From Candidatus Humimicrobiia bacterium (GTDB lineage: Bacteria > Actinomycetota > Humimicrobiia > JAHJRV01), in assembly GCA_049647085.1 (NCBI GenBank), contig JBARXA010000007.1:47060-111059 (forward strand): DNA of 64,000 nucleotides. The letters run 5' to 3'. Within the stretch, counting starts at the first letter, position 1; every line of letters begins with the position of its first letter. Under the pieces are notes generated by a model. That model was given only the letters and a program-made list of their open reading frames with translations. It searched no databases and had not been told where the DNA came from. Made by a program: the position numbers and the translations under genes. Positions 9,606 through 19,260 of this stretch are shown here, one piece after another.

Positions 9606-10694
9606 ATGGTCAATTATAAGGAAATAAAAAGAAAATTATTAAAAAAAATAGAAATGTTATCCCGATCAGAACTTTCGAAATTTAAGGTTTTAACAATGTC
9701 TGATTTTATATTAGACCATATTCTTTTTATAGATGATTTTGATTATTTTTTGAGAGAAGTTAAACGAATCTATAAACAAGGTGGTGGTGATCTTCCAGCT
9801 ATAAGGCAAACAATACAAAGAGGTGGCTGTAGTGCAAATACTGCAAGTGGACTCAGTGCTTTAGGAATAGACACATATTTTATTGGACGTACTAACCTTT
9901 TTGGGAAAAAACTTTTAGAATTTTTTCTCGGTGAGAAAAATGTGAATATAAAAAATTTGAAAACTGATGGGAATTTGAGTCTTATGACAATTTTTGAGAT
10001 TGGAAAAGAAAAAATTAATGTAATGGTTGGAGACCCGGATTCATTATCGCCTTTGGGATATAAAGATATTACTTCATCAGACAGGAAACTATTACATTCC
10101 TGTAATTTAGTCGGAATTTCTGGTTGGGCAATGAATAGGTCTGGAACTGATTTGGCTAAAGGCGTTTTTAATTTTGCAAAAAAAGTGAATACTTTGACTT
10201 ATCTTGACACTGCTGATCCTAGTTTTAGATTGGAGGAGATAAAAGATTTATATGAATATGTTATATCGAATAAAAATTTAGATATATTAAGCATCAATGA
10301 AAATGAACTTAATTATTATTCTAGTTTTATCTCTACCAAAGATAGTAATCTAAATATTTTGGAAAAAGGTGTTCTGTTAAAGAAAAATATTTCAGCTAAG
10401 ATAGATATTCATACTTCATTATACTCAGCTTCATTAGATGGTGATGAAGTATATATCATGCCCGCTTTTAAAGTGAATATTAAAAGAACTACAGGAGCTG
10501 GGGATATGTTTAACTCTGGAAATATTTTAGGATATCTTCTAAAATTAGAGCCCCTCGAACGGTTGCAGTTCGCTAATGCAATGGCTGGCTGTTTTATTTC
10601 TTCAAATATTCCATTACCTCCTAATATAAAAGATATCTATAATTTTATAAATAATACGCCATTTAAACCATTAAAAGGTGAAATAGTTGGGTAG
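9606..10694 (+). CDS. PfkB-family carbohydrate/nucleoside kinase
   Basis: 362 aa. Carries the GG...N.A..LSALG motif and the C-terminal TGAGDMFNSG anion-hole motif of the ribokinase/PfkB family. It starts 3 nt after the SIS stop. Confidence 0.8.
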   Translation: MVNYKEIKRKLLKKIEMLSRSELSKFKVLTMSDFILDHILFIDDFDYFLREVKRIYKQGGGDLPAIRQTIQRGGCSANTASGLSALGIDTYFIGRTNLFGKKLLEFFLGEKNVNIKNLKTDGNLSLMTIFEIGKEKINVMVGDPDSLSPLGYKDITSSDRKLLHSCNLVGISGWAMNRSGTDLAKGVFNFAKKVNTLTYLDTADPSFRLEEIKDLYEYVISNKNLDILSINENELNYYSSFISTKDSNLNILEKGVLLKKNISAKIDIHTSLYSASLDGDEVYIMPAFKVNIKRTTGAGDMFNSGNILGYLLKLEPLERLQFANAMAGCFISSNIPLPPNIKDIYNFINNTPFKPLKGEIVG

Positions 10695-13062
10695 TAAAAA
10701 AAATAGAAAACCTATTACGAAAAGAATAGAAAAATTAAGAAATAAAATTATTAATACGGTGCGTAAGTTAGATATTGAGAGAGCAAGATTATTTACTGAA
10801 TCCTATAAAAAGAATGAGAATAAACCTTTAATATTGCGGCGTGCGATGAGCTTATCCTATGTTTTAGAAAATATGACTATAGCTATAGATCCAAATGAAC
10901 TCGTAGTTGGAGATAAGGCAATTGAACCAAGGAATGGTGATGTTTCTCCTGAGATGGCGGTAGATTGGATTAATGAGGAATTAGAAAATTTACCTATTCG
11001 ACCTCAAGATCAATTTAAAGTATCAAGTAGAGATATTTCAGAATTACGCGAAGAAATTTTTCCTTATTGGGAAGGAAAAACATTAAAAGAGGCTATTAAT
11101 AATGCTATGAAAGGTGAAATTAGAAGGGCAATTCAAGAAGGTGTATTTATATTAAATCAAACAGATCATGGGCAAGGACATATATTACCTAATATGGAGA
11201 AGTGGTTAAAGAAAGGAATCTGTGGTTTAAAAAAAGACGTTGAAGAACATATAAATAAATTTAAGAGTTGTGCTAGTAAAAATTATAGGAAGTTTAATTT
11301 TTACAAGTCAGCTCTTATAACACTTGAAGCATCAGAGGTTTTTATAAAACGATATGCAGATTTATCTAAAGAAATGGCTTCTAATTTTGATGGTATGGAA
11401 AAAGAAAATTTATATAAAATATCTGAAATTTGCACTAATTTGATTAATAGACCTCCTATTACTTTCAGAGAAGCTATCCAGGCTTTGTGGTTTCTAATAG
11501 TAATAATTCAAATAGAATCTAATGTTACTTCAATTTCTCCCGGAAGATTGGATCAATACCTTTTCTCATATTATCTTAAAGATATTAATTCCGGAAATAT
11601 TTCAAAGATTCATGCACAAGAAATATTAGAGAATCTTTGGATTAATTTCAACAAAATTGTATTTCTTCGTAGTTCAGAGAGTGCACAATATTATGCTGGA
11701 TTTCCTATGGGCTTTAATATCGCCATAGGAGGTCAAAATATAGATGGAAAAGATGCTACAAATGAATTATCTTATATGTGCTTAAAGGCACAGGAGGACA
11801 TTGGATTCCCTCAACCTAATTTATCAGTAAGATTACATAGTACTACACCAACGGATTTTTTACTAGAAGTTTGTAAAGCAATAAGTTATGGTGATGGACA
11901 ACCACAACTGTTCAATGATGAGGTTATAATTCCTGCACTATTAAATTGTGGTTATTCATATGAGGATGCGAGAAATTATGCTATTGTTGGATGTGTTGAG
12001 ATTTCTGTTCCTGGAAATACAATGGGTCTCACAAATGCTGCTATGGTAAACATGGTCAAAATATTAGAGTTAACTATGAATAATGGAGTATCAAGAACTA
12101 CCCAACATCAGGTTGGTACAAAAACTGGGACTTTGAGTACCTTTGAAGACTTTGAAGAAGCTTTTGAAAAGCAATTAAAACATTTTATTAGTTTAATGGT
12201 TAGAGGATCTAGAATTGTAGAAAAGATGCACGCTAGTATGGTACCTACTCCTTTTCTTTCAACAGTTATTGATAATTGCTTGGAGAAAAGAAAAGATGTA
12301 ACTGATGGTGGCGCAAAATATAATTTTTCAGGAGTTCAAGGTGTTCAAATAGCGAATATAGCTGATTCTCTTATTGTAATTAAAAAAGTTATTTATGAGG
12401 ACAATTTATTAGACCTAAAAAGTTTTAATGTTATTTTAGATAAAAATTATGAAGATGCTGAAGAAATTCGCCAGATGCTAATATATAAACTTCCAAAATA
12501 TGGCAATGATATTGAAGAGGTTGACAATTTAGCTAATAAGTGGGCAAAAAAATATTGTAAGTTGATTGAAGAACATAAAAATTATCGTGGTGGTCAATTT
12601 CATCCTGGATTTTATACAGTTTCTGCATACATTCCTATGGGTTTTGTTGTAGGAGCAACCCCAGATGGACGGAAAGCTTTTAGTCCTCTAGCTGATGGAG
12701 GTCTATCACCAATGAGGGGTTTGGATGTAAAAGGTCCAACAGCAATATTGAAATCTGTATCAAAAATTGATTTATTGTTGGCTTCTAATGGTTCACTTTT
12801 AAATCTTAAGTTCCTCCCCTCCTTCTTTGAAACTGATGGAGCTTTTAAACATTTTTCAGCATTTCTTAGGACGTTTGTTGATCTTAAAGTCCAACATGTT
12901 CAGTTTAATGTTATTTCATCTAAAATTTTAAGGGAAGCACAAAAAGAACCTCAAAATTATAGAAATTTATTAGTAAGAGTTGCGGGTTATAGTGCTTTTT
13001 TTGTAGAACTCTCTAAAGAAATGCAGGAAGAAATAATTATGAGAACAGAGCATACTGGTTAA
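10687..13062 (+). CDS. Glycyl radical enzyme, PFL-like fold, single-Cys eliminase class; substrate unknown
   Basis: 791 aa. N-terminal ERARLFTESYK. Cys loop VGCVE at nt 11989-12000 (GCVE, not the CC of pyruvate formate-lyase). Glycyl radical loop RVAGYSAFF with Gly767 at nt 12985-12987. The TTG start overlaps the kinase stop by 8 nt and is preceded by AAAGGTG. Confidence 0.92.
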   Translation: MGSKKNRKPITKRIEKLRNKIINTVRKLDIERARLFTESYKKNENKPLILRRAMSLSYVLENMTIAIDPNELVVGDKAIEPRNGDVSPEMAVDWINEELENLPIRPQDQFKVSSRDISELREEIFPYWEGKTLKEAINNAMKGEIRRAIQEGVFILNQTDHGQGHILPNMEKWLKKGICGLKKDVEEHINKFKSCASKNYRKFNFYKSALITLEASEVFIKRYADLSKEMASNFDGMEKENLYKISEICTNLINRPPITFREAIQALWFLIVIIQIESNVTSISPGRLDQYLFSYYLKDINSGNISKIHAQEILENLWINFNKIVFLRSSESAQYYAGFPMGFNIAIGGQNIDGKDATNELSYMCLKAQEDIGFPQPNLSVRLHSTTPTDFLLEVCKAISYGDGQPQLFNDEVIIPALLNCGYSYEDARNYAIVGCVEISVPGNTMGLTNAAMVNMVKILELTMNNGVSRTTQHQVGTKTGTLSTFEDFEEAFEKQLKHFISLMVRGSRIVEKMHASMVPTPFLSTVIDNCLEKRKDVTDGGAKYNFSGVQGVQIANIADSLIVIKKVIYEDNLLDLKSFNVILDKNYEDAEEIRQMLIYKLPKYGNDIEEVDNLANKWAKKYCKLIEEHKNYRGGQFHPGFYTVSAYIPMGFVVGATPDGRKAFSPLADGGLSPMRGLDVKGPTAILKSVSKIDLLLASNGSLLNLKFLPSFFETDGAFKHFSAFLRTFVDLKVQHVQFNVISSKILREAQKEPQNYRNLLVRVAGYSAFFVELSKEMQEEIIMRTEHTG

Positions 13063-13301
13063 TTAGTGGATTACTTTAACAGTGAAAAATTGTAATTGTA
13101 TTAATAAAATTTAGTAAAAGGGGGTAAGCGGGGAAATGATGAATTAACTAATTTCTTTAAAAAAGGAGGTGGGATATGAAAAAAATTAGATTTGTTTTAA
13201 GAAAGGTATTGAGTTGAACTCTTTTAAAACCTATTACTTAAAACAAATCTTCATAAAATTTTACTAAACTTTTAATTAAAATCAGAAAAAGAGAGGTTGA
13301 A

Positions 13302-14414
13302 ATGAATTTTCTTAAAAAAGTAATTCTAACGATTGTGACTCTTTCAATTGTTGTATCACTATCACTTGCATTTACTGGTTGCCCTCCTGCAGCACCTACA
13401 GAGGAAGCCACTGAGGTAGAAGAAACTACTGAAAAAGAGGAAGAAGAAGCAGAGACTGAGGAAGAGGAGCCTATAAAGGTAGCATTATTGTTTTCAGGAT
13501 TTTTAGGTGATCAGTCATTTAATGACTCGGCTTATGCGGGTATACAGAGAGCAGTGGATGATTTTGGAATAGAAGTAAAAGTATTTGAATCAAAAGAGCC
13601 TGCTGTTTGGGAACAAAATGTGGTTTCTGCTGCAGACGCTAATTATGATTTGGTACTTTGTGTTTCTACCAATTTCCAAGAATTTATAAAAGATCATGCT
13701 CCAGAATTTCCTGATGTAAAATTTGCTTTAATTGATGGAATTGTGGAAGACGAGCCGAACGTATCTTCAGCGGTTTTTGCTAATAATGAAGGGTGTTTCT
13801 TATCGGGACTAGTTGCAGCAATGTGGACAACAAAGACAGAAATTTCAGGGGTTAATGAAGATAAGATTATAGGATTTGTGAGTGGAATGGATATTCCAGT
13901 TGTGCATGATTTCTTGAAAGGATATGAACAGGGTGCAAGATTAATAGAACCTGATATAGAAGTTTTGGTTTCATGGGCAGGATCTTGGACCGATCCTGTT
14001 AAAGGAAAAGAATTAACCTTAGCACAATATAATCAGGGAGCAGATGTTGTTATGAATGTTGCTTCTGGTACAGGACCTGGAATTCTTGAAGCTGCATCTG
14101 AAGCTGGTAAGTATGCAATAGGTGTTGATTTAAATCAGGATGGATTATTTCCCGGAAGTATAATTACTTCTTTACTTAAAAGAGTAGATAATGCTTGTTA
14201 TGTTACAGTTAAGTCAGTAATAGATGGTACTTTTAAAGGTGGAACTGTAGTAGATATGAATTTAACTAATGGTGGTGTAAGCCTTACTGACTTTTCAGTA
14301 ATGAAAGAAAATATGGGTGATGCTTTTCCTGAAGATGTAATTACCACTGTAGAGGAATATATACAGAAAGTTATAAATGGTGAAATAATAGTAGAGGGTG
14401 AGCCAGGCTTTTAA
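13302..14414 (+). CDS. BMP-family (PnrA/Med-like) ABC transporter substrate-binding lipoprotein
   Basis: Signal peptide with lipobox LAFTGC, then a Glu/Thr-rich linker. The body has the BMP-family pattern (FLGDQSFNDSAY.G...A.....GVD.NQ). Confidence 0.85.
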   Translation: MNFLKKVILTIVTLSIVVSLSLAFTGCPPAAPTEEATEVEETTEKEEEEAETEEEEPIKVALLFSGFLGDQSFNDSAYAGIQRAVDDFGIEVKVFESKEPAVWEQNVVSAADANYDLVLCVSTNFQEFIKDHAPEFPDVKFALIDGIVEDEPNVSSAVFANNEGCFLSGLVAAMWTTKTEISGVNEDKIIGFVSGMDIPVVHDFLKGYEQGARLIEPDIEVLVSWAGSWTDPVKGKELTLAQYNQGADVVMNVASGTGPGILEAASEAGKYAIGVDLNQDGLFPGSIITSLLKRVDNACYVTVKSVIDGTFKGGTVVDMNLTNGGVSLTDFSVMKENMGDAFPEDVITTVEEYIQKVINGEIIVEGEPGF

Positions 14415-14461
14415 TGTAAAAACTTAAGATCCTCCTGATTAATTTGTGCTACTTAGTGAAA

Positions 14462-14497
14462 GTAATGGTTTCTGGTTATCCTATCAGAAACCATTAC
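14462..14497 (+). terminator. Perfect 13-bp stem-loop downstream of the binding-protein gene (intra-operon attenuator or mRNA stabiliser candidate)
   Basis: GTAATGGTTTCTG (14462-14474), a 10-nt loop, then CAGAAACCATTAC (14485-14497). No clear U-tract follows. Confidence 0.5.
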
Positions 14498-14540
14498 CTA
14501 TAAAAAATCTTAGTAATGTATTTTTAAGGAACAAAAACGC

Positions 14541-16067
14541 TTGGATTTTAAATTGATTAATAAAATAATTGAAATGATTAATATAAATAAAAGCTTTCCC
14601 AATGTTAAAGCTGTTGATAATGCTGGAATCGATCTTTATCAAGGGGAAATTCATTCACTCGTGGGAGAAAATGGAGCTGGAAAAACCACGCTTATGAATA
14701 TTTTATATGGATTATATCAACCTGATTCGGGGAAAATTAAGATTAGAGGAAAAGATATGGAATCATTAACCCCCAGGGTTGCTATTGAGCTTGGTATTGG
14801 AATGATACATCAGGAATTTATGTTGGTAAGGGAACTTACAGTTTTAGAAAATATTATATTAGGATTTGAACTAGGTAAATTTGGTAGAATTGATTTTTCA
14901 AAAACTAAGGAAAAAATTAATTACTATCTTGATAATTATAATTTGGAAATTCCACTAAATAAAAAGGTTAGGGATATTTCCGTAGGTGAGGCACAAAGGG
15001 TTGAGATTATAAAGACTTTATATCGTAGTACTGAAATTTTGATATTAGACGAACCAACTGCAGTTTTAACCCCTCAAGAGACAAAAAAATTATTCGAAAT
15101 TTTAAATTTTTTAAAGAAAGATAATAAGTCTATTATTTTCATCTCACATAAATTAAGGGAAGTCATGGAGATAAGTGAAAGAATTACCATAATGCGTAAT
15201 GGTAAGCATGTAAATACAGTAAATAAAGAAGACGTCTCCATAAAAGAATTAGCTAAAATGATGGTTGGCAGAGAAGTTTTTTTAAATATAAAAAGAGAAC
15301 CTTGTAAAAAGAGTAAAAAAATTTTATCTGTCAGGGATATTTATGTTACTGGTGAGAAGGAGCTTTCAAAATTAAAAGGGGTATCTTTTGATGTACATCG
15401 TGGCGAAGTTGTTGGAGTAGCTGGGGTAGATGGAAATGGTCAGAGTGAGCTTGTAGAAGCACTCACAGGTCTTCGTAAAATTGAAAAAGGGGATGTTACA
15501 TTTAAGGGTAAATCAATTAAAAATTTAAGCCCAATAGAAATTAGGAAAGCAGGTATTTCACACATTCCAGAAGATAGGAATCTAAGAGGTTTAAACAGAA
15601 GTTTTACTTTATATGAAAATCTAATAGCTAATCATTTTAATAAAAAACCTTACTCAAGATTAATACAGTTAAATAAAAAGAAAATTACAAAATATGGTAA
15701 TAGATTAATTAAGGAATTTGATATTAGACCAGCTATTGGGAATACAGTTGCTGTAAATTTGTCTGGTGGTAATGCACAAAAGACTGTGGTTGCAAGAGAA
15801 GTGGATATGAATGCAGATTTATTAATTGCTTCTCAACCTACTAGAGGTGTTGATGTAGGTTCTACAGAAGCAATTAGAAATACTATAAATTATATTAAGA
15901 AAAAAGGTGTAGCTGTTTTATTAGTTTCTGCTGATTTAGAAGAAATATTATCTTTATCTGATGTAATACTAGTTATGTATGAAGGCAAAATAAGTGGGAT
16001 TATACCGGCAGAAAAGGCTAGAGAAGATAATATTGGGATCTTAATGACTGGAGGTAAAGTTAAGTGA
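14541..16067 (+). CDS. ABC transporter ATP-binding protein with duplicated ABC domains (sugar/nucleoside importer type)
   Basis: Two Walker A motifs (GENGAGKTT, GVDGNGQSE), LSVGEAQRVEI and LSGGNAQK signatures, and Walker B ILDEPT. The start is ambiguous: TTG 14541 or ATG 14574. Confidence 0.9.
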   Translation: MDFKLINKIIEMININKSFPNVKAVDNAGIDLYQGEIHSLVGENGAGKTTLMNILYGLYQPDSGKIKIRGKDMESLTPRVAIELGIGMIHQEFMLVRELTVLENIILGFELGKFGRIDFSKTKEKINYYLDNYNLEIPLNKKVRDISVGEAQRVEIIKTLYRSTEILILDEPTAVLTPQETKKLFEILNFLKKDNKSIIFISHKLREVMEISERITIMRNGKHVNTVNKEDVSIKELAKMMVGREVFLNIKREPCKKSKKILSVRDIYVTGEKELSKLKGVSFDVHRGEVVGVAGVDGNGQSELVEALTGLRKIEKGDVTFKGKSIKNLSPIEIRKAGISHIPEDRNLRGLNRSFTLYENLIANHFNKKPYSRLIQLNKKKITKYGNRLIKEFDIRPAIGNTVAVNLSGGNAQKTVVAREVDMNADLLIASQPTRGVDVGSTEAIRNTINYIKKKGVAVLLVSADLEEILSLSDVILVMYEGKISGIIPAEKAREDNIGILMTGGKVK

Positions 16068-17089
16068 GAAGAAGTAGTTATTTAAATTTACTTATAACAA
16101 TAATAATTTCACTAATTGCTGGTGGAATTATTATGATTTTATTAGGCCATAATCCCTTTAAAGTCTATGCTGAACTTTTTAAAGGAGCTTTTATTGGGAA
16201 ATTCAATATAGGTAACACTCTTGGACGTTTTGTTCCTATTTTATTAACAGCAATTGCTTTTGCTATATCATTTAAAGTATCAGTATTTAATGCTGGCGTT
16301 GAAGGGGAATTATATTTAGGTGCAATTGCAGCAGCATGGGCAGGATTTGCAATTCAAGGGTTGCCAAAGGTTCTTCATATATTAGTTTGTATGATAGTTG
16401 CAACTATTGTTGGGGCTTTATGGGCTGCGGTTCCTGGGGTTTTAAAAGCTTATTATAGAGTAAATGAAATATGTACCACTCTATTATTAAATTATGTTGC
16501 AATTTTTTTCACATCATATCTGGTTAATAATCAGTTATCTTCACATACTGGAATACCACAAACACCTAAAGTTCTTCCATCAGCAACACTTACTATGATT
16601 CTCAAACCTAGTAAAGCAAATATTGGCATATTTATTACTTTAGCAGTTTTGTTATTCGTTTACTGGTTAATACATTATACAACCCTAGGATATAAAATAA
16701 GAAGTGTAGGTAGTAACCCATTCTTTTCAGATTATGTTGGAATTGGAACTAAAAAAATAATAGTAATTGGGATGCTTATTAGTGGTGGGATTGGTGGTCT
16801 CGCTGGCGGTATAGAATCATTAGGAACATATAATCGTTTTTTAGATGGATTTTCACAATTTATAGCTTTTGATGGTATGTTAGCCTCACTAATTGCTAGA
16901 AATAACATAAAAATGATTTTTATAATTGCATTATTTCTAGCTAGTTTGAAAAACGGTGCTTTAGGTATGGAGAGATTTACTAGTGTTCCAAAATCTATAG
17001 TCGATGCAATTATAGCCATATTTATATTATTAACTTCGCTTGAAGGGTTAATAAATATAAGAAGGAAAGTCAAAACTATAGAAGCCTGA
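16064..17089 (+). CDS. ABC transporter permease (BMP-system, NupB/YufP-like)
   Basis: 341-aa polytopic membrane protein. It overlaps the ATPase stop by 4 nt. Typical branched-chain/ribose-type permease pattern. Confidence 0.85.
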   Translation: MRRSSYLNLLITIIISLIAGGIIMILLGHNPFKVYAELFKGAFIGKFNIGNTLGRFVPILLTAIAFAISFKVSVFNAGVEGELYLGAIAAAWAGFAIQGLPKVLHILVCMIVATIVGALWAAVPGVLKAYYRVNEICTTLLLNYVAIFFTSYLVNNQLSSHTGIPQTPKVLPSATLTMILKPSKANIGIFITLAVLLFVYWLIHYTTLGYKIRSVGSNPFFSDYVGIGTKKIIVIGMLISGGIGGLAGGIESLGTYNRFLDGFSQFIAFDGMLASLIARNNIKMIFIIALFLASLKNGALGMERFTSVPKSIVDAIIAIFILLTSLEGLINIRRKVKTIEA

Positions 17090-17119
17090 GTTAAAAAATA
17101 ATTTAAATAAGGGTTAGCT

Positions 17120-18052
17120 ATGTTAGAGAAAATAGCGTTGATTTTTAATTATTCTATTATCAAAACAACTATTAGATATTCTACACCAATATTATATGCA
17201 GCTTTGGGTGTTCTTATCACTCAGCAAGCTAATATGTTAAATGTTGGTGTAGAAGGTATGATGCTTAGTGGTGCTTTTACAGCTATTGCAGTAAGTTATT
17301 TTACCGGTAATTGGTTTCTAGCTTTAATTGCAGCTATTATTGTTGGAATAATTCTGGCAATAATTATGGCATTTGCTCATTTGAAATATGATGCTGACAT
17401 CATTGTTGTTGGTGTAGCTATTAATCTACTTTCATTAGCATTGACCAGATTTTTATTAAACAATGTTTTAGGAGCTAGTGGTTTTTTTCGTTCTCCATAT
17501 ATAGTACCTATACCCAAAGTTCATTTTGATTTTTTAACTAAGAATGATGTGATTAATACTCTTTTTAATAATTATTCAATGTTTGAAATAATTGGAATTA
17601 TGCTAGTTTTTATAATTTGGTTCTTGTTATTTAAAACTGTTTGGGGTTTGAGGGTAAGGAGTGTAGGATTGTTCCCGCAAGCAGCAGAAACCGCAGGTAT
17701 AAATGTATATAAATTGAAATTTAGTACAATGATATTTTCAGGTCTTCTTGGTGGAATGGCTGGTGCTCATTTATCATTAGGTTATTCAAAGCTTTTTGTT
17801 GAAAATATGACAGGTGGCAAAGGATTAATGGGTGTTGCTGCAATGTTTTTCGGGGGAGGAGATCCCATTTTTACTTGGGTTGGTTGTTTAATATTTGGAT
17901 TTACTGATTCCGTTGGTTCTAGGTTGCAACCTTATGGATTACCAAGTCAATTTGTTCTTATGTTTCCGTATATTACAACTGTATTATTTTTAACATTGTC
18001 TATGATAAGGAGAATAAGAAGGGAAAGAATAGAAAAAAGTTCTTTAAAATAA
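17120..18052 (+). CDS. ABC transporter permease (BMP-system, NupC/YufQ-like)
   Basis: 310-aa polytopic membrane protein and a paralogue of the preceding permease (VGVEGMML, GLRVRSVG motifs). Confidence 0.85.
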   Translation: MLEKIALIFNYSIIKTTIRYSTPILYAALGVLITQQANMLNVGVEGMMLSGAFTAIAVSYFTGNWFLALIAAIIVGIILAIIMAFAHLKYDADIIVVGVAINLLSLALTRFLLNNVLGASGFFRSPYIVPIPKVHFDFLTKNDVINTLFNNYSMFEIIGIMLVFIIWFLLFKTVWGLRVRSVGLFPQAAETAGINVYKLKFSTMIFSGLLGGMAGAHLSLGYSKLFVENMTGGKGLMGVAAMFFGGGDPIFTWVGCLIFGFTDSVGSRLQPYGLPSQFVLMFPYITTVLFLTLSMIRRIRRERIEKSSLK

Positions 18053-18121
18053 AAAATATTCTTCAGTATTATAACAATATTTTGAAATATATTTATTTTT
18101 ACAAACCTATTAGGAGGCATA

Positions 18122-19183
18122 ATGGGTGTAATAACTGTTAATGGTGAGATAAAAAGCAAGGATCTAGGTATAACATTAGTTCATGAGCATTTATTTCTGG
18201 ACTTCCGTTTAATATTTGAGGATTCGAGTGAAGTATCAAAAAAAGAATTATCAGAACAAAAGATTAACATAGAAAATTTACATATCCTAAAAAAAAGTCC
18301 CTATAGTATTAAAGATAACTTGATTTTGTCCAGTGAAGACCTAATTCTAAAAGAACTATTAGAATTTAAAAAAGCAGGAGGAAAGACGATAGTCGAACAG
18401 ACTTCAATTGGTCTTGGGAGATCACCCCAATCTATTCGTAATGTTGCTAATTTAGCTGCTCTAAATGCAGTGATGGGATGTGGTTATTATGTAAAAGATA
18501 GTCTTCCTGAGTACATTATTAAAAAATCTGAAAAGGATCTAATCTCTGAATTGATTAGTGAGATTCATTACGGTGTTAATGGGACAAATATTAGACCGGG
18601 TATTATTGGAGAATTAGGTATAAGTAATGATATAGGTGATTGGGAAAAGAAATTATTAAAAGTTGCCTCAAAGGTTCAAAGAGAGACAGGTCTTGCAATT
18701 TCAGTACATATACAGGCAGTACCAACATTACCTGGTTTCACAGGTAAATTGCCTGGATTAAAAATATTGAATATATTAGATGAATATGGGGCAATTTTAG
18801 AAAAGGTTGTTATTTGTCATACAGATGCGAAGATAGATTTGAAATATATTAAAAGCATAATGGATTTTGGTGCATATGCAGAGTTTGATCATGTAGGTAA
18901 AGAATTTTATATAGAATCAAGTGATTTTTTGATGGATAGAGATATTGATAGAATACTCGCATTAAAGGAATTAGTTGATTCTAATTATAGTAAAAACATA
19001 TTAATTTCTAATGATGTGTGTCTAAAGACTGATCTGATTTCATATGGTGGCTTCGGGTACGGACACATACTAAACAATTTAGTTCCTTTGATGTTGAAAA
19101 AAGGAATAGATAGGGAAGTAATTAATACAATATTAGTAAGTAACCCAAGAAGGTTGTTAGATGTTGGAAGTAGTTATATGTAA
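18122..19183 (+). CDS. Phosphotriesterase-homology protein (amidohydrolase superfamily; lactonase-like)
   Basis: N-terminal GITLVHEHL (HxH metal ligands). Later His/Asp positions (SVHIQ, CHTD, ISNDV) are consistent with the PTE/PHP TIM-barrel family. Confidence 0.8.
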   Translation: MGVITVNGEIKSKDLGITLVHEHLFLDFRLIFEDSSEVSKKELSEQKINIENLHILKKSPYSIKDNLILSSEDLILKELLEFKKAGGKTIVEQTSIGLGRSPQSIRNVANLAALNAVMGCGYYVKDSLPEYIIKKSEKDLISELISEIHYGVNGTNIRPGIIGELGISNDIGDWEKKLLKVASKVQRETGLAISVHIQAVPTLPGFTGKLPGLKILNILDEYGAILEKVVICHTDAKIDLKYIKSIMDFGAYAEFDHVGKEFYIESSDFLMDRDIDRILALKELVDSNYSKNILISNDVCLKTDLISYGGFGYGHILNNLVPLMLKKGIDREVINTILVSNPRRLLDVGSSYM

Positions 19184-19260
19184 TTTTAAATACTTTTAAA
19201 AAATAAATTCTAACTTTCATTGGTTTAATAATTAATAATTTAATTTTAAAGGAGGCTAAA

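Noticed and set aside
13100-13140. GC-richer patch AAAGGGGGTAAGCGGGGAAATGATGAATTAA downstream of the GRE as a small RNA or riboswitch
   Set aside because: I found no convincing stem structure or resemblance to a known motif. It is probably just an SD-like sequence with a 3-codon ORF. The clearer sORF at 13176 is reported instead.
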